Origin: a virus
Taxonomy: Duplodnaviria > Caudoviricetes
IMG/VR virus record: IMGVR_UViG_3300032290_001644
Coordinates: 8,736-72,735 of that record
Length of the DNA stretch: 64,000 nucleotides
Reading direction: 5' to 3' (one strand)
The position numbers and the translations under genes are program-made. The notes beneath the pieces are model-generated. The model did not search any database. It saw nothing but the letters and a program-made list of their open reading frames with translations, and was not told where the DNA came from. This document shows, one piece after another, positions 10,719-20,397 of the stretch (position 1 is the first letter of the stretch; each line of letters opens with the position of its first letter).

Positions 10719-10777
10719 TTTGCATCTTCCTTCTGATCTTCATGATCATGGTTTGTTGTTTTGCTTCGTTATGTATA

Positions 10778-10806
10778 GATATATAAATATATTTAAATAA
10801 TGTCAA
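10778..10806 (-). promoter_or_regulatory. Sigma70-type promoter
   Basis: Minus strand TTGACA-17 nt-TATATC with an AT-rich UP tract. Confidence 0.7.
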
Positions 10807-10825
10807 ATAAAATTTAAATTTTTTT

Positions 10826-13054
10826 TTACTTTTTCAAATCAACCTTAGAAATATAGACTTGCTGCCTATCTTCTTTTGTCGGTGAGTGAGCTTCTTTATC
10901 CCAACGATAGGACAAGGTTGTTTCACAAACCGCTTGAATATCTGGCGTCATAATCTCCATCCCCAGCTTCATGAGAGCAGACAAACGATCAACAGCATCT
11001 TTCCCTTGTTGGGTATAATGCTCGGTATCAATATCATCTACGGGTATCTCAATAATGATTTCATCGTGGATAAAGCACACGATACGAGAGCCAAAGAGCG
11101 GGGATAACTTATTAAACATGCACTCTTCAAATACGAGAATTAATGCGTTTTTTGCTCCATCACTTGCCATGCCTTGGAAGGGGGAATTGCAACCATTCGT
11201 ATACCCATCACAAAAACGAAAGCGGTTTGATCTGGGGTACTGATACACAGCCTTGAACGCACCTTCATCCCACGCTAGATTTCTACGATAAATTTCTTCG
11301 TCTTTTGGTGCTCTCTCTGCTCTGACCTTGAAATAATCTACCATCTCTGAATAGACTTGTTTCCATGCCTTGATTGATTTATCCACCTCATGGAATTTCA
11401 AGATATTTGCACCTTTGAAACCATAGCCTTTAGCATACGAGATAAAGCTCTTTACCCCAAGGCCTCCAGCTAAACCAAAATTCAAAACCTTTGCAAGATT
11501 TCGCTTCTCTTTCAGATCTTTGTACAAAGGATGTTTCTTGTCGGCATAGTACTCAATCGCTTGCTCGTATGTAACACCACAAAATTGAGCGGATACGAAC
11601 AAGTGAGGATCAAAGTTTGGATCATCCTTATATCGCTTTGCGAGAATGCTATCTCTACCCTCATCAAGATGGATCTGGCTTAAGGTTCTCATTTCAGCGT
11701 TGGAGTAATCGCACAAGCCTAGAATATGACCTTTACTTGCACGAATGACATTACGAACAAAACCATTACGAGGGAGATTTTGAAGATTTGGCTCACTAGA
11801 GGTAGTACGGCCAGTAGCAGCACCATAGCCATTGAAACGATACCTAAGACGATGATCTTCACTTTGAAAAGCTTTCGTAAAATTCTTGAGGTATGTGTTT
11901 CTTTGCTTTGTGATATCTCGGTACTCATCGATCAGATCAAGCGTTTCAAGAATATCTTTAAAATCCTCACTGCTTCCCTTATTCATCAAAAAGATCAAAT
12001 TCTCGGTTGCTTCTTCATCGATAGAGATATCCCCCCCACTGGTAAGCTTACGATCTTTGGTAATTACCTTGAGCTTGTCATATATTTGTACAAACAGATC
12101 TTGTAGTGGCTTGGGGGGGATTTTGTACCCATCCTTATCCTTGATCATGTACCCCTTACCTACGATTTGTTTTGCCAATTCTTGTTGGCGGATTTCAAGG
12201 TCTCGATCTGCTGACATATGCATGATCTTATCAAGGTGGATACCCGTATAGACAGATGCAAAAGCAAGTACAAAGTCTGCATATGTTTGGCGTGGCAAAT
12301 CCTCTAGGAAATGCATATCTCTAATACTGGCCAATTTACATGACTTACCCCATTGTGTATAGAGAAGAGCACGAGCAAAAATAGCGTCTTCTTTAGCATA
12401 TGCTACGGCCACTTCATCCCACTCATCAATTGGTATATCGATCAAGTCTCCAAAGCTGGTTCTGATACTCCCTTTTTTCTTAGGTTGATCATCAAAGAGT
12501 GTTGGGGTATCTGTAGGCTTCTTACTCTTTTCTTTCTTGTCTGCATTTTTGAGCTTGACTAAATGATCGTATTTATCGGTACTCAACAAGCACTTCATAC
12601 TATCGAGTAAAGATACTTGACTATGCATATGAAGAGATGGAAGGCTTGCGTTCATCATAGATTGAGCGATAGCGGTACATACGATACGGCCTGCCTTGAT
12701 AGCTTTGACGATTGGAACGAGAAGAGAAAAGTCTTGCTTGAGTAGTACAAGAAGATCAAATTTTGCGTTATGGATAGCAATCACACAATCACGACGAGAT
12801 AGTAGCTCCTTGAATTTCTCGACGGTTGCCTTAGCATCCAAGATCAAGGTCTGATCTAAAATCTCATCTGATACCTCAACCAACTTGTTTTTGAATAAAC
12901 TTTGGATTGGTACATCTGGTAAAGCGAAAGTACCACATACAAGACGGGGAATTTCACCAGTGTGTGGGATGAGGAAAGTTTCGGTATCAAAGCCAACAAT
13001 GTGAATTTGATCCATGGTTGGGGGTAATCGCTGAGCGATATCTTGCAGTTGCAT
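10826..13054 (-). CDS. polA: Family A DNA polymerase with 3'-5' exonuclease and no 5' nuclease
   Basis: Exo motifs FDTET, HNAKFD, YAKEDA; TGRTTSSEPNLQNLP; motif A CDYSNAEMR; motif B RNLAKVLNFGLAGG; motif C FIHDE. Start at MQLQD (GGAG RBS); ORF track start is 13087. Confidence 0.95.
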   Translation of the reverse strand: MQLQDIAQRLPPTMDQIHIVGFDTETFLIPHTGEIPRLVCGTFALPDVPIQSLFKNKLVEVSDEILDQTLILDAKATVEKFKELLSRRDCVIAIHNAKFDLLVLLKQDFSLLVPIVKAIKAGRIVCTAIAQSMMNASLPSLHMHSQVSLLDSMKCLLSTDKYDHLVKLKNADKKEKSKKPTDTPTLFDDQPKKKGSIRTSFGDLIDIPIDEWDEVAVAYAKEDAIFARALLYTQWGKSCKLASIRDMHFLEDLPRQTYADFVLAFASVYTGIHLDKIMHMSADRDLEIRQQELAKQIVGKGYMIKDKDGYKIPPKPLQDLFVQIYDKLKVITKDRKLTSGGDISIDEEATENLIFLMNKGSSEDFKDILETLDLIDEYRDITKQRNTYLKNFTKAFQSEDHRLRYRFNGYGAATGRTTSSEPNLQNLPRNGFVRNVIRASKGHILGLCDYSNAEMRTLSQIHLDEGRDSILAKRYKDDPNFDPHLFVSAQFCGVTYEQAIEYYADKKHPLYKDLKEKRNLAKVLNFGLAGGLGVKSFISYAKGYGFKGANILKFHEVDKSIKAWKQVYSEMVDYFKVRAERAPKDEEIYRRNLAWDEGAFKAVYQYPRSNRFRFCDGYTNGCNSPFQGMASDGAKNALILVFEECMFNKLSPLFGSRIVCFIHDEIIIEIPVDDIDTEHYTQQGKDAVDRLSALMKLGMEIMTPDIQAVCETTLSYRWDKEAHSPTKEDRQQVYISKVDLKK

Positions 13055-13180
13055 ATGTACTCCAGAATGAGGAATGAGATAATTCATATATATGAATTTT
13101 TATATTTCGTATCAAGGGAATTTTAAAAAAAATTTAAGTATGGTTTGTGTTATCTAGTAGATCAAATGAAAGGATCAAAA

Positions 13181-13885
13181 ATGACAATAGATACTGGATA
13201 TGTTTTTCTGATAGATCAGCTTGGTACTGATCTTGATATTGTGAACGCTGCAAGAGTCAGTTTCAACAAAGAGTCTCATGCACTTACACCAAAAGATGAA
13301 CGCTTGCTAAAATACTTGTGGCAAAATCAACATACTTCACCATTTAGGATGGTAACTTGCAAATTCAAGATCAAGGCTCCTATCTTTGTGCTTCGTCAAT
13401 GGATGAAACATGTTGTCGGATGCACATGGAACGAGGTATCCGCTAGATATACCGAAGTTAAGCATGAGTGTTTTACACCAGATACTTGGAGGCTACAGCA
13501 TGAGACAAGCAAACAATCAAGTTATGGTCAAGTGGATAAACTGATCAGTGATGAGGCTGATAAGAGACTACTAGAGAGCTATGAAATCGCATATAAAAAT
13601 TACCGATGGATGCTAGATCATGGTATTTGTAGAGAGCAGGCACGCATGCAACTCCCAGTAGGTACATATAGCGAATGCATCTGGAAAGCTGATCTTCAAG
13701 CCGTATTCAATTTCCTTTCGCTTCGTCTAGATCCTCATGCTCAAGAAGAGATTAGAGAGTATGCAAAAGAGGTTCATAGGCTTGTATCCATTGCATTCCC
13801 AGAGGCTACTCGTATGTGGGAATTAGCTTACAAAATAGATCAAGAATTGGCGGATCAAAAGAAGGCCTTGTGGGACAAAAACTAA
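13181..13885 (+). CDS. thyX: Flavin-dependent thymidylate synthase
   Basis: IVNAARVS, HTSPF, RQWMKHVVG..WNEVSARY, REQARMQLP; AAAGGA RBS before MTIDT. Confidence 0.92.
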   Translation: MTIDTGYVFLIDQLGTDLDIVNAARVSFNKESHALTPKDERLLKYLWQNQHTSPFRMVTCKFKIKAPIFVLRQWMKHVVGCTWNEVSARYTEVKHECFTPDTWRLQHETSKQSSYGQVDKLISDEADKRLLESYEIAYKNYRWMLDHGICREQARMQLPVGTYSECIWKADLQAVFNFLSLRLDPHAQEEIREYAKEVHRLVSIAFPEATRMWELAYKIDQELADQKKALWDKN

Positions 13886-14178
13886 ACAATTCGTCTATAG
13901 TAGTATCTCATCCTAATCATATAATAATGGTACTGACCTTTACTCCCTGCACCATCCCAAGCTTGTACGATATGCCAAGGCACGCCAAAGTACTCATACA
14001 CATGACCGCTATTGAATAAGACTGTTAGCATTTGAGTCATGGGAACATAGAAAAAAGATCTGATATTTGATGAGTCAAAATTTGAGAATGTGTATTGCTG
14101 GGGGGTAAAAAAATTCAAACTGGTGATTGGTGTACCAACAATTTTTCTTCCCGCCATAGGTGATGGAGCTTGCTGCAT
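13882..14178 (-). CDS. KTSC-domain protein
   Basis: SSNIRSFFY..TQMLTVLFNSGHVYEYFGVP......AGSKGQY matches the KTSC pattern. Confidence 0.85.
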   Translation of the reverse strand: MQQAPSPMAGRKIVGTPITSLNFFTPQQYTFSNFDSSNIRSFFYVPMTQMLTVLFNSGHVYEYFGVPWHIVQAWDGAGSKGQYHYYMIRMRYYYRRIV

Positions 14179-14226
14179 ATGTATTTCCTTTTTGTACTAT
14201 GATACACAAATCAAAATGTGAGCTAT

Positions 14227-14257
14227 AAAGAAAAATACCCCATCTTTCGATGAGGTA
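14227..14257 (-). terminator. Intrinsic terminator
   Basis: Minus strand TACCTCATC-GAAA-GATGGGGTA (9 bp stem with one G-U, GNRA loop) followed by TTTTTCTTT. Confidence 0.75.
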
Positions 14258-14380
14258 GGTTTCTTTTCTCACATCTCGTGCGTTGGAGTACACTAGATTT
14301 TCGTAAGAGACTCGTTTTTGCGACTCATCTCTCACTTACAACAAAGCATCAACAAATCCCTTAAGGAGTCTCTTGATTTT

Positions 14381-14450
14381 TTTGAGGCTGTTGTGGAATC
14401 GGACCACTAGGATAGGAAACCTACCCCCACTCCATCAGTGCAACCGACTC
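14381..14450 (-). ncRNA. Candidate tRNA-like structured RNA (not a canonical tRNA)
   Basis: Cloverleaf-like fold with T-arm GTGG-TCCGATT-CCAC, central hairpin with TTT apex and GGTTG/CAGCC closing helix; bracketed by 11-bp direct repeats. Confidence 0.3.
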
Positions 14451-14456
14451 TTGATT

Positions 14457-14966
14457 TTACTTTAGATCGGCCAATCGTTTAGCTTGATCTTGCTTGTCAG
14501 CTGGTACAGCGATAAAGTTTAGCACAGTAAACGGTGTCCCAGCCTTGGTTGTGATTTCTTTGGCAACGATTTCAATCTTGAGACCGCTTAGAAATGATCT
14601 ACCAGTGTCTGGATTTTGTGCCAGAGCTTTCGCTATGATTTCTTTTGTAACACCTTTCTCACTTAAATTCAAGGCTCTTTGAATAAAATTTTTAATATTT
14701 GCAGGTGCAAGGTCAGAATCAAGCATTTGCATCCAAGACGCTTCGCTTCCAGTACCTAAATCTGCAACATCACTATCCAGAACGGTTGTCTCAAGAACAA
14801 TGAAAGGTCTTCTTTTACGAGTTTCTGCTCGCTTGAAATCAATGATCTGTACAAGGTAATGACCTGGCACAAAATATTCGCTTTGGCGAGTAGGTTTTGC
14901 TCCTACAACTTCATCTAAAAAAGGATCTGATGAGAACATGTCTTCACTTTGACTTTGCTTTGCCAT
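14457..14966 (-). CDS. Probable single-stranded DNA-binding protein
   Basis: Beta-rich pattern PGHYLVQIIDFK...FIVLETTV...GLKIEIVAKEITTKAGTPFT next to the primase-helicase; GGAG RBS before MAKQS. Confidence 0.5.
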   Translation of the reverse strand: MAKQSQSEDMFSSDPFLDEVVGAKPTRQSEYFVPGHYLVQIIDFKRAETRKRRPFIVLETTVLDSDVADLGTGSEASWMQMLDSDLAPANIKNFIQRALNLSEKGVTKEIIAKALAQNPDTGRSFLSGLKIEIVAKEITTKAGTPFTVLNFIAVPADKQDQAKRLADLK

Positions 14967-15027
14967 AATAAAACTCCGGTTTTGTTGGCTTGTTATGATC
15001 AAAGTATAGCAGAAGATTTATATCAGA

Positions 15028-18000
15028 TCAATGTTTTTTAAACTTTTTCCGTAGGTTTTGCTCTACTTCTGGATCAAGATTATTCTCATCAAGATCATCT
15101 AGTGGTGAGACAAAGATCGGCTTACTCGTTTTTGTCGTTGGTGGTGCATTCACTACTTGAGGCTTGGGGTATATACTGACTTCTTGAGGCTTGGGGTATG
15201 TACTGACTTCTTGCTTGCTCGGTACGATTTCCCAGACAAAATCTTCATCATCATCCTCATCTTCTTCTAGCTCTGGGGTATAGCTTGGTGCTGCTACCTT
15301 ACTCACAATCACAATCTCTTGTGCTGGAATTTCAGATACTTTTTCTTCTAGTCTCACAACCTCCGTCTCTTTTTTCTTCAAAGCGTTCTCAAGCTCTTTG
15401 ATTTTCTTCTCTAGATCAGAGATTGTTTGTTGTTGCTCCCTCATTGTTCTCATGGTCTTGTTTTCATCTTCATCTTCTCTGATACCAGCATATGGATTAC
15501 AATTAAGCAGATTTCTAGAGTCTAGACGATCAACAAAACGCCAAACGGTTGCTCCTCTCTTTTCTACTCTAACAAGAGGGAAATCGAGGCTTGCCATCGC
15601 ATCAGTCACTTGGTTTTGGTGCTTGATAAAGCCAATTGTCTCTTTCACGCCAGCTTCAATATCATGGAATTTGTATGCAATCTTATCTTCCGTCTGATTT
15701 CTAAAGTATGTGATAAGTGCTTCTCGCATGCGTTCGCTACCCATCTCATATCTCTTATTGAAAGCTGCAACCTTAGCTTTTTCTTCTTGTGAGAGTCTTG
15801 GCATCTCACATGGAATTTCTTGATCGGTTGGTTGACCGGTGAGTATATCTTTGGCAGATCGAACGGCAACCAAATCTTGGGATGTGCCAGCTTCCAGCTC
15901 GCCGTTGATTGCACGAGCATAAGCTTCGCCAAAGGCAAGATCTAATAGGCTAGCCATCAGGTCCCTGTCTATAAAACCTTCATTCCCCTTGAGCCAATTG
16001 ATAGGCTTTCTCTTACCATCTAGAGGGATAGCATAATAGCCATCAGTACCGACATAATCAAGATCAAGGATTAGAAAGCGTCGTTGGTCTCCATCACCTT
16101 CATGCAAGAAGTATCGATCATTCGTGGTTGAGATGATGAAATGCGTGAAATTGAGACTTCTATTAAATCGTTCGTATGCTGAGCGACCTTCAACGGATTT
16201 CTCAGAGATAGCATTCTTCAGCTGATTTGCACTCGATTTTTTGACTTGATCAGATCCAAATTCTTCTAACTGATAAATGAGCTTACCTTCATAGCTCAAA
16301 ATCTTATCCCCTGACTTATTGTCATCTTGACGAGTACTTAGGATAAAACGGCTATCCATCTCCCCAGCAGTGGCAGTCTCTACGCCAAACAGATCGAGTA
16401 GAGACCTAATCAAGGTTTCAGAGAATGTACTCTTACCCGTACCTTGAGATTTACCGGTGATACAAAACATCATTTCAAGCTTTGTTGGATCCGCAAAAGA
16501 ATACGCACGACTGGTCATACCGATCAAGAGCTTACGGCCAACCATAGATAAATGATCATAGTATGCTGGATTGATTGATTTACTGACTTGAAGTGTGTCT
16601 GGCAACCATGAATTGAGCATAGAAGGTCTACCAGCCTTGATCCACTTGTCATAGTGTCCTAAAAATTTGTCGTGGACCAAATTGAATTTCAGATCCATAT
16701 CGGGATTTGTAGAGAAACAAGCCTTGATATTCTCAATGATGAGCTGGCGTGCATATTCTACGCCGTAAACTTGTTTGATATGAGCTTGAAGAACGATGAA
16801 ATCCTCATCTTGCAATTGTCGAGCCTTCATCTTGCAAAAAGGCTTATTCTTGATCGTTGTCTTGACCTGCTCTGCAATTGGCTTATCAAGCTGGATACAA
16901 GAAGAAGGGGAGTTAGAGCTTGTCTTCACTAGGTGATGCACTACCATATGACCACGCAAAATATCAAGCTTGTAGATCGAGGTGATAAGAGGATCTTTTT
17001 GTAGGATGATGCGTAGATTTGTTTCGCTTTTCTCTACCTTACCGCTCTTTGGATCCAGATCAAGCTGTAGAGCAGATGCAACCGCTTTTGCCTTGAGCTT
17101 TGCACCAATCTTTTGACTAGGTAGAACAAATAGAGAAATCTCACTACCTTTCTCACTCTTTGGCTTTGTTGGATGCACGAGATTGATCAGTAGTGCATCA
17201 TCTTCAGCCTTACTCACAAAGGCACCGCCAATGCTTTCATAAGGTTTTGATATCTCTGGTGATACGAAATCAAGACATGCTTGGATTTTGTCTCGTGTCC
17301 CATATTCCCCTAAATATCTGCTCCAGTTATTTGCCAGCTCTTGCACGGTGATTGTTTCGTGCTTCACTTGTGCTTTCTTGCCACTAGTACCAATGGAAAT
17401 GATTTCAGTACCATCTAGATAACGATAAGACTTTTTGCCATCGATAACCTGCTCCATCAAATCCTTGAGCTTAGCTTTTTCTTCCTTAATAGATGGTTGA
17501 GGAATAGTAGGTGTGATAGGGGAAGTGCTTAAGCTAGAAGTTTGGAAAGGTCTCATTAACCAAGGATTATTGATATCTTTGGTGTGCCACATACCAATTT
17601 CTCTACACTTTCGTGCACCAATATCTAAAACTTGTTCATCATACCCCCTTGCTTCTTTAAACTTTTTCTTTTCAAAGAGTTTTACCCACCATGATCTGAT
17701 ACAATTGCTTTCTTCACCATCAAAATATTCCACTTGTAAATCATTGATGGATGAGATACCTGCTGCTGTACAAAACTCTTTTTGCTTTGTCTCTGGTAGC
17801 TCTAGAAGATATTGTATCCCAGCAGAGGACCAACCGGATACAAGACTAAGATGGTAGTGAAAATGAAAGCCATTCTTTGAAAGCAAGCAAGCATTTGGAG
17901 CTTGATTAAACTCGGGTACTGTTCGTAAAAAGCTAATCTCCCCCTCGATATAATTTGCAAGCTCTTGTGATACATACCCATTGGCCAATTGTTGGTGATA

Positions 18001-18393
18001 CCATGCTCTTTTTTGATCCTTGAAATCAATATCGATAAAGATGGTCAGTACCTTATAACAAGATGAGCCTGCGAGACCTAAACGATTTGGCGAATTAGGT
18101 GCAGCATTGATACGAGCAATAGGGAAAGCACCAGTGGTAACGAGTAAATTTTTTTCACTACCATTATGTGTAAGTGCTAGACCTGCACCAATACCGACAT
18201 TCTTTAGAGCCGTTAAAACATCAAGATTGTAGATACTCTCTGCACCTACCTTGTAATTGGCGGTTTCATAGTCATAGATGGATTGACTCTTTCGAATGCC
18301 TCCCCCTACGCCAAGTTGGTACTTAAATGCATCAAGACTTTTAGCGATTTCATCTTGTGTTAAATGATTAAGCGGTTTACGATTGGTTGTCAT
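15028..18393 (-). CDS. Primase-helicase fusion (AEP-like N-terminus plus VirE/VapE P-loop ATPase)
   Basis: IFIDIDFKD and SKNGFHFHY at the N-terminus; ITGKSQGTGKST, QLEEF, GRSAYER, STTND..FL...G.QRRF in the VirE domain; coiled-coil and acidic tail. Confidence 0.88.
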   Translation of the reverse strand: MTTNRKPLNHLTQDEIAKSLDAFKYQLGVGGGIRKSQSIYDYETANYKVGAESIYNLDVLTALKNVGIGAGLALTHNGSEKNLLVTTGAFPIARINAAPNSPNRLGLAGSSCYKVLTIFIDIDFKDQKRAWYHQQLANGYVSQELANYIEGEISFLRTVPEFNQAPNACLLSKNGFHFHYHLSLVSGWSSAGIQYLLELPETKQKEFCTAAGISSINDLQVEYFDGEESNCIRSWWVKLFEKKKFKEARGYDEQVLDIGARKCREIGMWHTKDINNPWLMRPFQTSSLSTSPITPTIPQPSIKEEKAKLKDLMEQVIDGKKSYRYLDGTEIISIGTSGKKAQVKHETITVQELANNWSRYLGEYGTRDKIQACLDFVSPEISKPYESIGGAFVSKAEDDALLINLVHPTKPKSEKGSEISLFVLPSQKIGAKLKAKAVASALQLDLDPKSGKVEKSETNLRIILQKDPLITSIYKLDILRGHMVVHHLVKTSSNSPSSCIQLDKPIAEQVKTTIKNKPFCKMKARQLQDEDFIVLQAHIKQVYGVEYARQLIIENIKACFSTNPDMDLKFNLVHDKFLGHYDKWIKAGRPSMLNSWLPDTLQVSKSINPAYYDHLSMVGRKLLIGMTSRAYSFADPTKLEMMFCITGKSQGTGKSTFSETLIRSLLDLFGVETATAGEMDSRFILSTRQDDNKSGDKILSYEGKLIYQLEEFGSDQVKKSSANQLKNAISEKSVEGRSAYERFNRSLNFTHFIISTTNDRYFLHEGDGDQRRFLILDLDYVGTDGYYAIPLDGKRKPINWLKGNEGFIDRDLMASLLDLAFGEAYARAINGELEAGTSQDLVAVRSAKDILTGQPTDQEIPCEMPRLSQEEKAKVAAFNKRYEMGSERMREALITYFRNQTEDKIAYKFHDIEAGVKETIGFIKHQNQVTDAMASLDFPLVRVEKRGATVWRFVDRLDSRNLLNCNPYAGIREDEDENKTMRTMREQQQTISDLEKKIKELENALKKKETEVVRLEEKVSEIPAQEIVIVSKVAAPSYTPELEEDEDDDEDFVWEIVPSKQEVSTYPKPQEVSIYPKPQVVNAPPTTKTSKPIFVSPLDDLDENNLDPEVEQNLRKKFKKH
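15156..15209. repeat. 27-bp tandem duplication in the primase tail
   Basis: CTTGAGGCTTGGGGTAT(A/G)TACTGACTT x2, encoding QEVS(T/I)YPKP twice. Confidence 0.9.
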
Positions 18394-18454
18394 AGTGTAC
18401 TCCAAAAAGATAAATTGATTGATTGACGCCGAGTTGTGAGAAAGGCTTGTATTG

Positions 18455-18483
18455 TGTATAAATTTTTATATAAAATTTTGCAA
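18455..18483 (-). promoter_or_regulatory. Sigma70-type promoter for the primase-helicase
   Basis: Minus strand TTGCAA-17 nt-TATACA in an AT-rich gap. Confidence 0.55.
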
Positions 18484-18555
18484 ATAAAAAATATAAAATA
18501 AATTTTAAGTGTGTGAATATGAGTCATTTTTTCCATACCTATCGTGAAAATAAAC

Positions 18556-18831
18556 TTATTCGTCAGAGGTAGGAATAGGAGGTAAGCTACCTTCTTCAAG
18601 CAGTGTTTTTAGTTGCTTCATCACAGCCAAAGGCTTGAGCCAGTCTTCTTGGATACCTTCAATGATAATTTTCTTGTACTCATCCCCTTGGCGTGCAAGC
18701 GTGTATAAATCACTTGCAAGCAAATTCAATGAGAAGAGTTTTTCAAAGGTTGGCTCTTTTGCAATTTCGCCAATGTTTTTCAGTATTTGGTTGATTGCAT
18801 CTAGTATCTGATCATGTAAAGTAGTAGTCAT
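18556..18831 (-). CDS. Hypothetical protein
   Basis: 91 aa helical ORF with GAGG RBS. Confidence 0.65.
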   Translation of the reverse strand: MTTTLHDQILDAINQILKNIGEIAKEPTFEKLFSLNLLASDLYTLARQGDEYKKIIIEGIQEDWLKPLAVMKQLKTLLEEGSLPPIPTSDE

Positions 18832-18879
18832 AGTATCCTCAAGTGTAAAATTTCAACATGGATACCATAAAATTAAAGA

Positions 18880-19080
18880 TCATCTTTGCTTAAAATATCC
18901 ATCCCTAAACCAACCTCCCCCTTTTAGAGCAAATTGAGGTGCAGATAACACCTTCACCAGCTCACCATCACAACCGTTTTTATTGATACTATCGCAAGAA
19001 GGTGGAATTTGATCATCCATGCTCATTCTCTTAGTAGTTTGTGCCTGACATTTTTTACACTGCAATGAATAAATTGCCAT
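18880..19080 (-). CDS. FmdB-family zinc-ribbon protein
   Basis: MAIYSLQCKKC...C......CDGELVKVLSAPQFALKGGGWFRDGY. Confidence 0.88.
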   Translation of the reverse strand: MAIYSLQCKKCQAQTTKRMSMDDQIPPSCDSINKNGCDGELVKVLSAPQFALKGGGWFRDGYFKQR

Positions 19081-19087
19081 AACTAAA

Positions 19088-20050
19088 TTATCCTTTCGAT
19101 TTTATCGCTTGTTTTAATTGCTTGATCAGTTTTGGTAGCGTGCTATATGCACTTGTAGGTATACCTTGAGGGTATATTGCCAAAAGAAGATGATCAATTT
19201 TTTGTTCAGATACGATATCTTCACCTTTACCGATCAATACTTGTTTAGGTGGTTCTTTTTTGGCAAGTGTAAAGACTTTTTTGGGTACATCTCTTTGTGG
19301 TTTGTACTCCCGATCATTTGAAGTAGGTTTTTTATCATCCGCAGCAACCTTCATGACCTGAACAACAACGCCTTTCTCATTCTGTTTGTCCCAAGCCATT
19401 CTTGCTCGTTCCGTACTCACTTCTGCCTCACGCACTTGACCAATCCGTGCTATCATATATCCTCTGATCTTGCTATACTCTGGATGTTCTAGTACCGCTT
19501 TGATCCATGCTTGCTTTGACTCAAACCGCTCATGTTGGAAATCTGGATCATTTTTCAGTACCTCATGAAGATCTTGCATCTGCTCAATCACTTCAGTTTG
19601 TTTTTGGCTCAATGCTGGATCTGTTGTGATTGCATAGCTAATCGTTCTACGATGACAACCAACGATAAAGGCAAGCTCTTTTTCGGAATATCGATTGAGT
19701 GCACCATTAGCGATAGCATCTTTTATGATACCAGTCTTGCTCTCATAACTGGATAAAGGGATTGACAAATAGGATAAAAATTCCTCTGGTGGTGTCAAAG
19801 CTAGGATTGAATTTTTTAATTGCCTCATAACTGGCTCCTTGTACTCTGGTTTTGCATAATCGATAAAGTAAAGCTCAAGATCTTCAAGAGAGAAATATTT
19901 GCCATAAAGATATTGTGCACGATGCAAAGTTTTAATTCTGCCACTCTTCAGATCCTTACAAAGGTGTTCTAACTTTTGGCCTTTCTCTTCTTCTTGGTGG
20001 CGGAAGATCATATTTTCTAGAGCTAGTGCATGCTCATCGTACTCACTCAT
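19088..20050 (-). CDS. HTH-containing hypothetical protein
   Basis: 320 aa; YSEKELAFIVGCHRRTISYA; N-terminal DEHALALENMI resembles the motif of the HTH paralogs. Confidence 0.6.
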   Translation of the reverse strand: MSEYDEHALALENMIFRHQEEEKGQKLEHLCKDLKSGRIKTLHRAQYLYGKYFSLEDLELYFIDYAKPEYKEPVMRQLKNSILALTPPEEFLSYLSIPLSSYESKTGIIKDAIANGALNRYSEKELAFIVGCHRRTISYAITTDPALSQKQTEVIEQMQDLHEVLKNDPDFQHERFESKQAWIKAVLEHPEYSKIRGYMIARIGQVREAEVSTERARMAWDKQNEKGVVVQVMKVAADDKKPTSNDREYKPQRDVPKKVFTLAKKEPPKQVLIGKGEDIVSEQKIDHLLLAIYPQGIPTSAYSTLPKLIKQLKQAIKSKG

Positions 20051-20358
20051 TTTTGTTTTGCTCGCTGATCAAAAATCCGTTTTAGTACTGGCCTACAAAT
20101 CACATGTGGTGAGGTTCGAGCGTCGAGTAAGATTAGTGTATTTAGCGTAAGATCGAGGCAATCTTCGAGTAGTGGGTGAACGGCTCTCTTATGATGAGCA
20201 AAGGACAGCATAAGCATTTGTAATGCTCCAAGGTCCATCAGCTGATCATAGACTAAACAAACATCACCAATAAAGTCTTGTGGCTCATCTTTGGGGGTAA
20301 GTGCGAGTGCAACCTTTTGGAACAATTCCCCGCTTGAGATATCTTGAAGTGTGAACAT
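20047..20358 (-). CDS. Hypothetical protein
   Basis: 103 aa with ATGA overlap to the next gene. Confidence 0.6.
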   Translation of the reverse strand: MFTLQDISSGELFQKVALALTPKDEPQDFIGDVCLVYDQLMDLGALQMLMLSFAHHKRAVHPLLEDCLDLTLNTLILLDARTSPHVICRPVLKRIFDQRAKQK

Positions 20359-20397
20359 ATTTTGATCCTTTCAGACCATAAACACGCTCATGAAATT

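Noticed and set aside
14075-14335. 86-aa ORF in the track
   Set aside because: Runs through a clear terminator and hairpins and overlaps the KTSC gene in another frame.
14381-14450. Canonical tRNA-Lys gene
   Set aside because: T-loop has C at the conserved T position, the anticodon loop lacks the YU..R pattern, the D-arm is rudimentary and there is no CCA. Kept only as a tRNA-like candidate.
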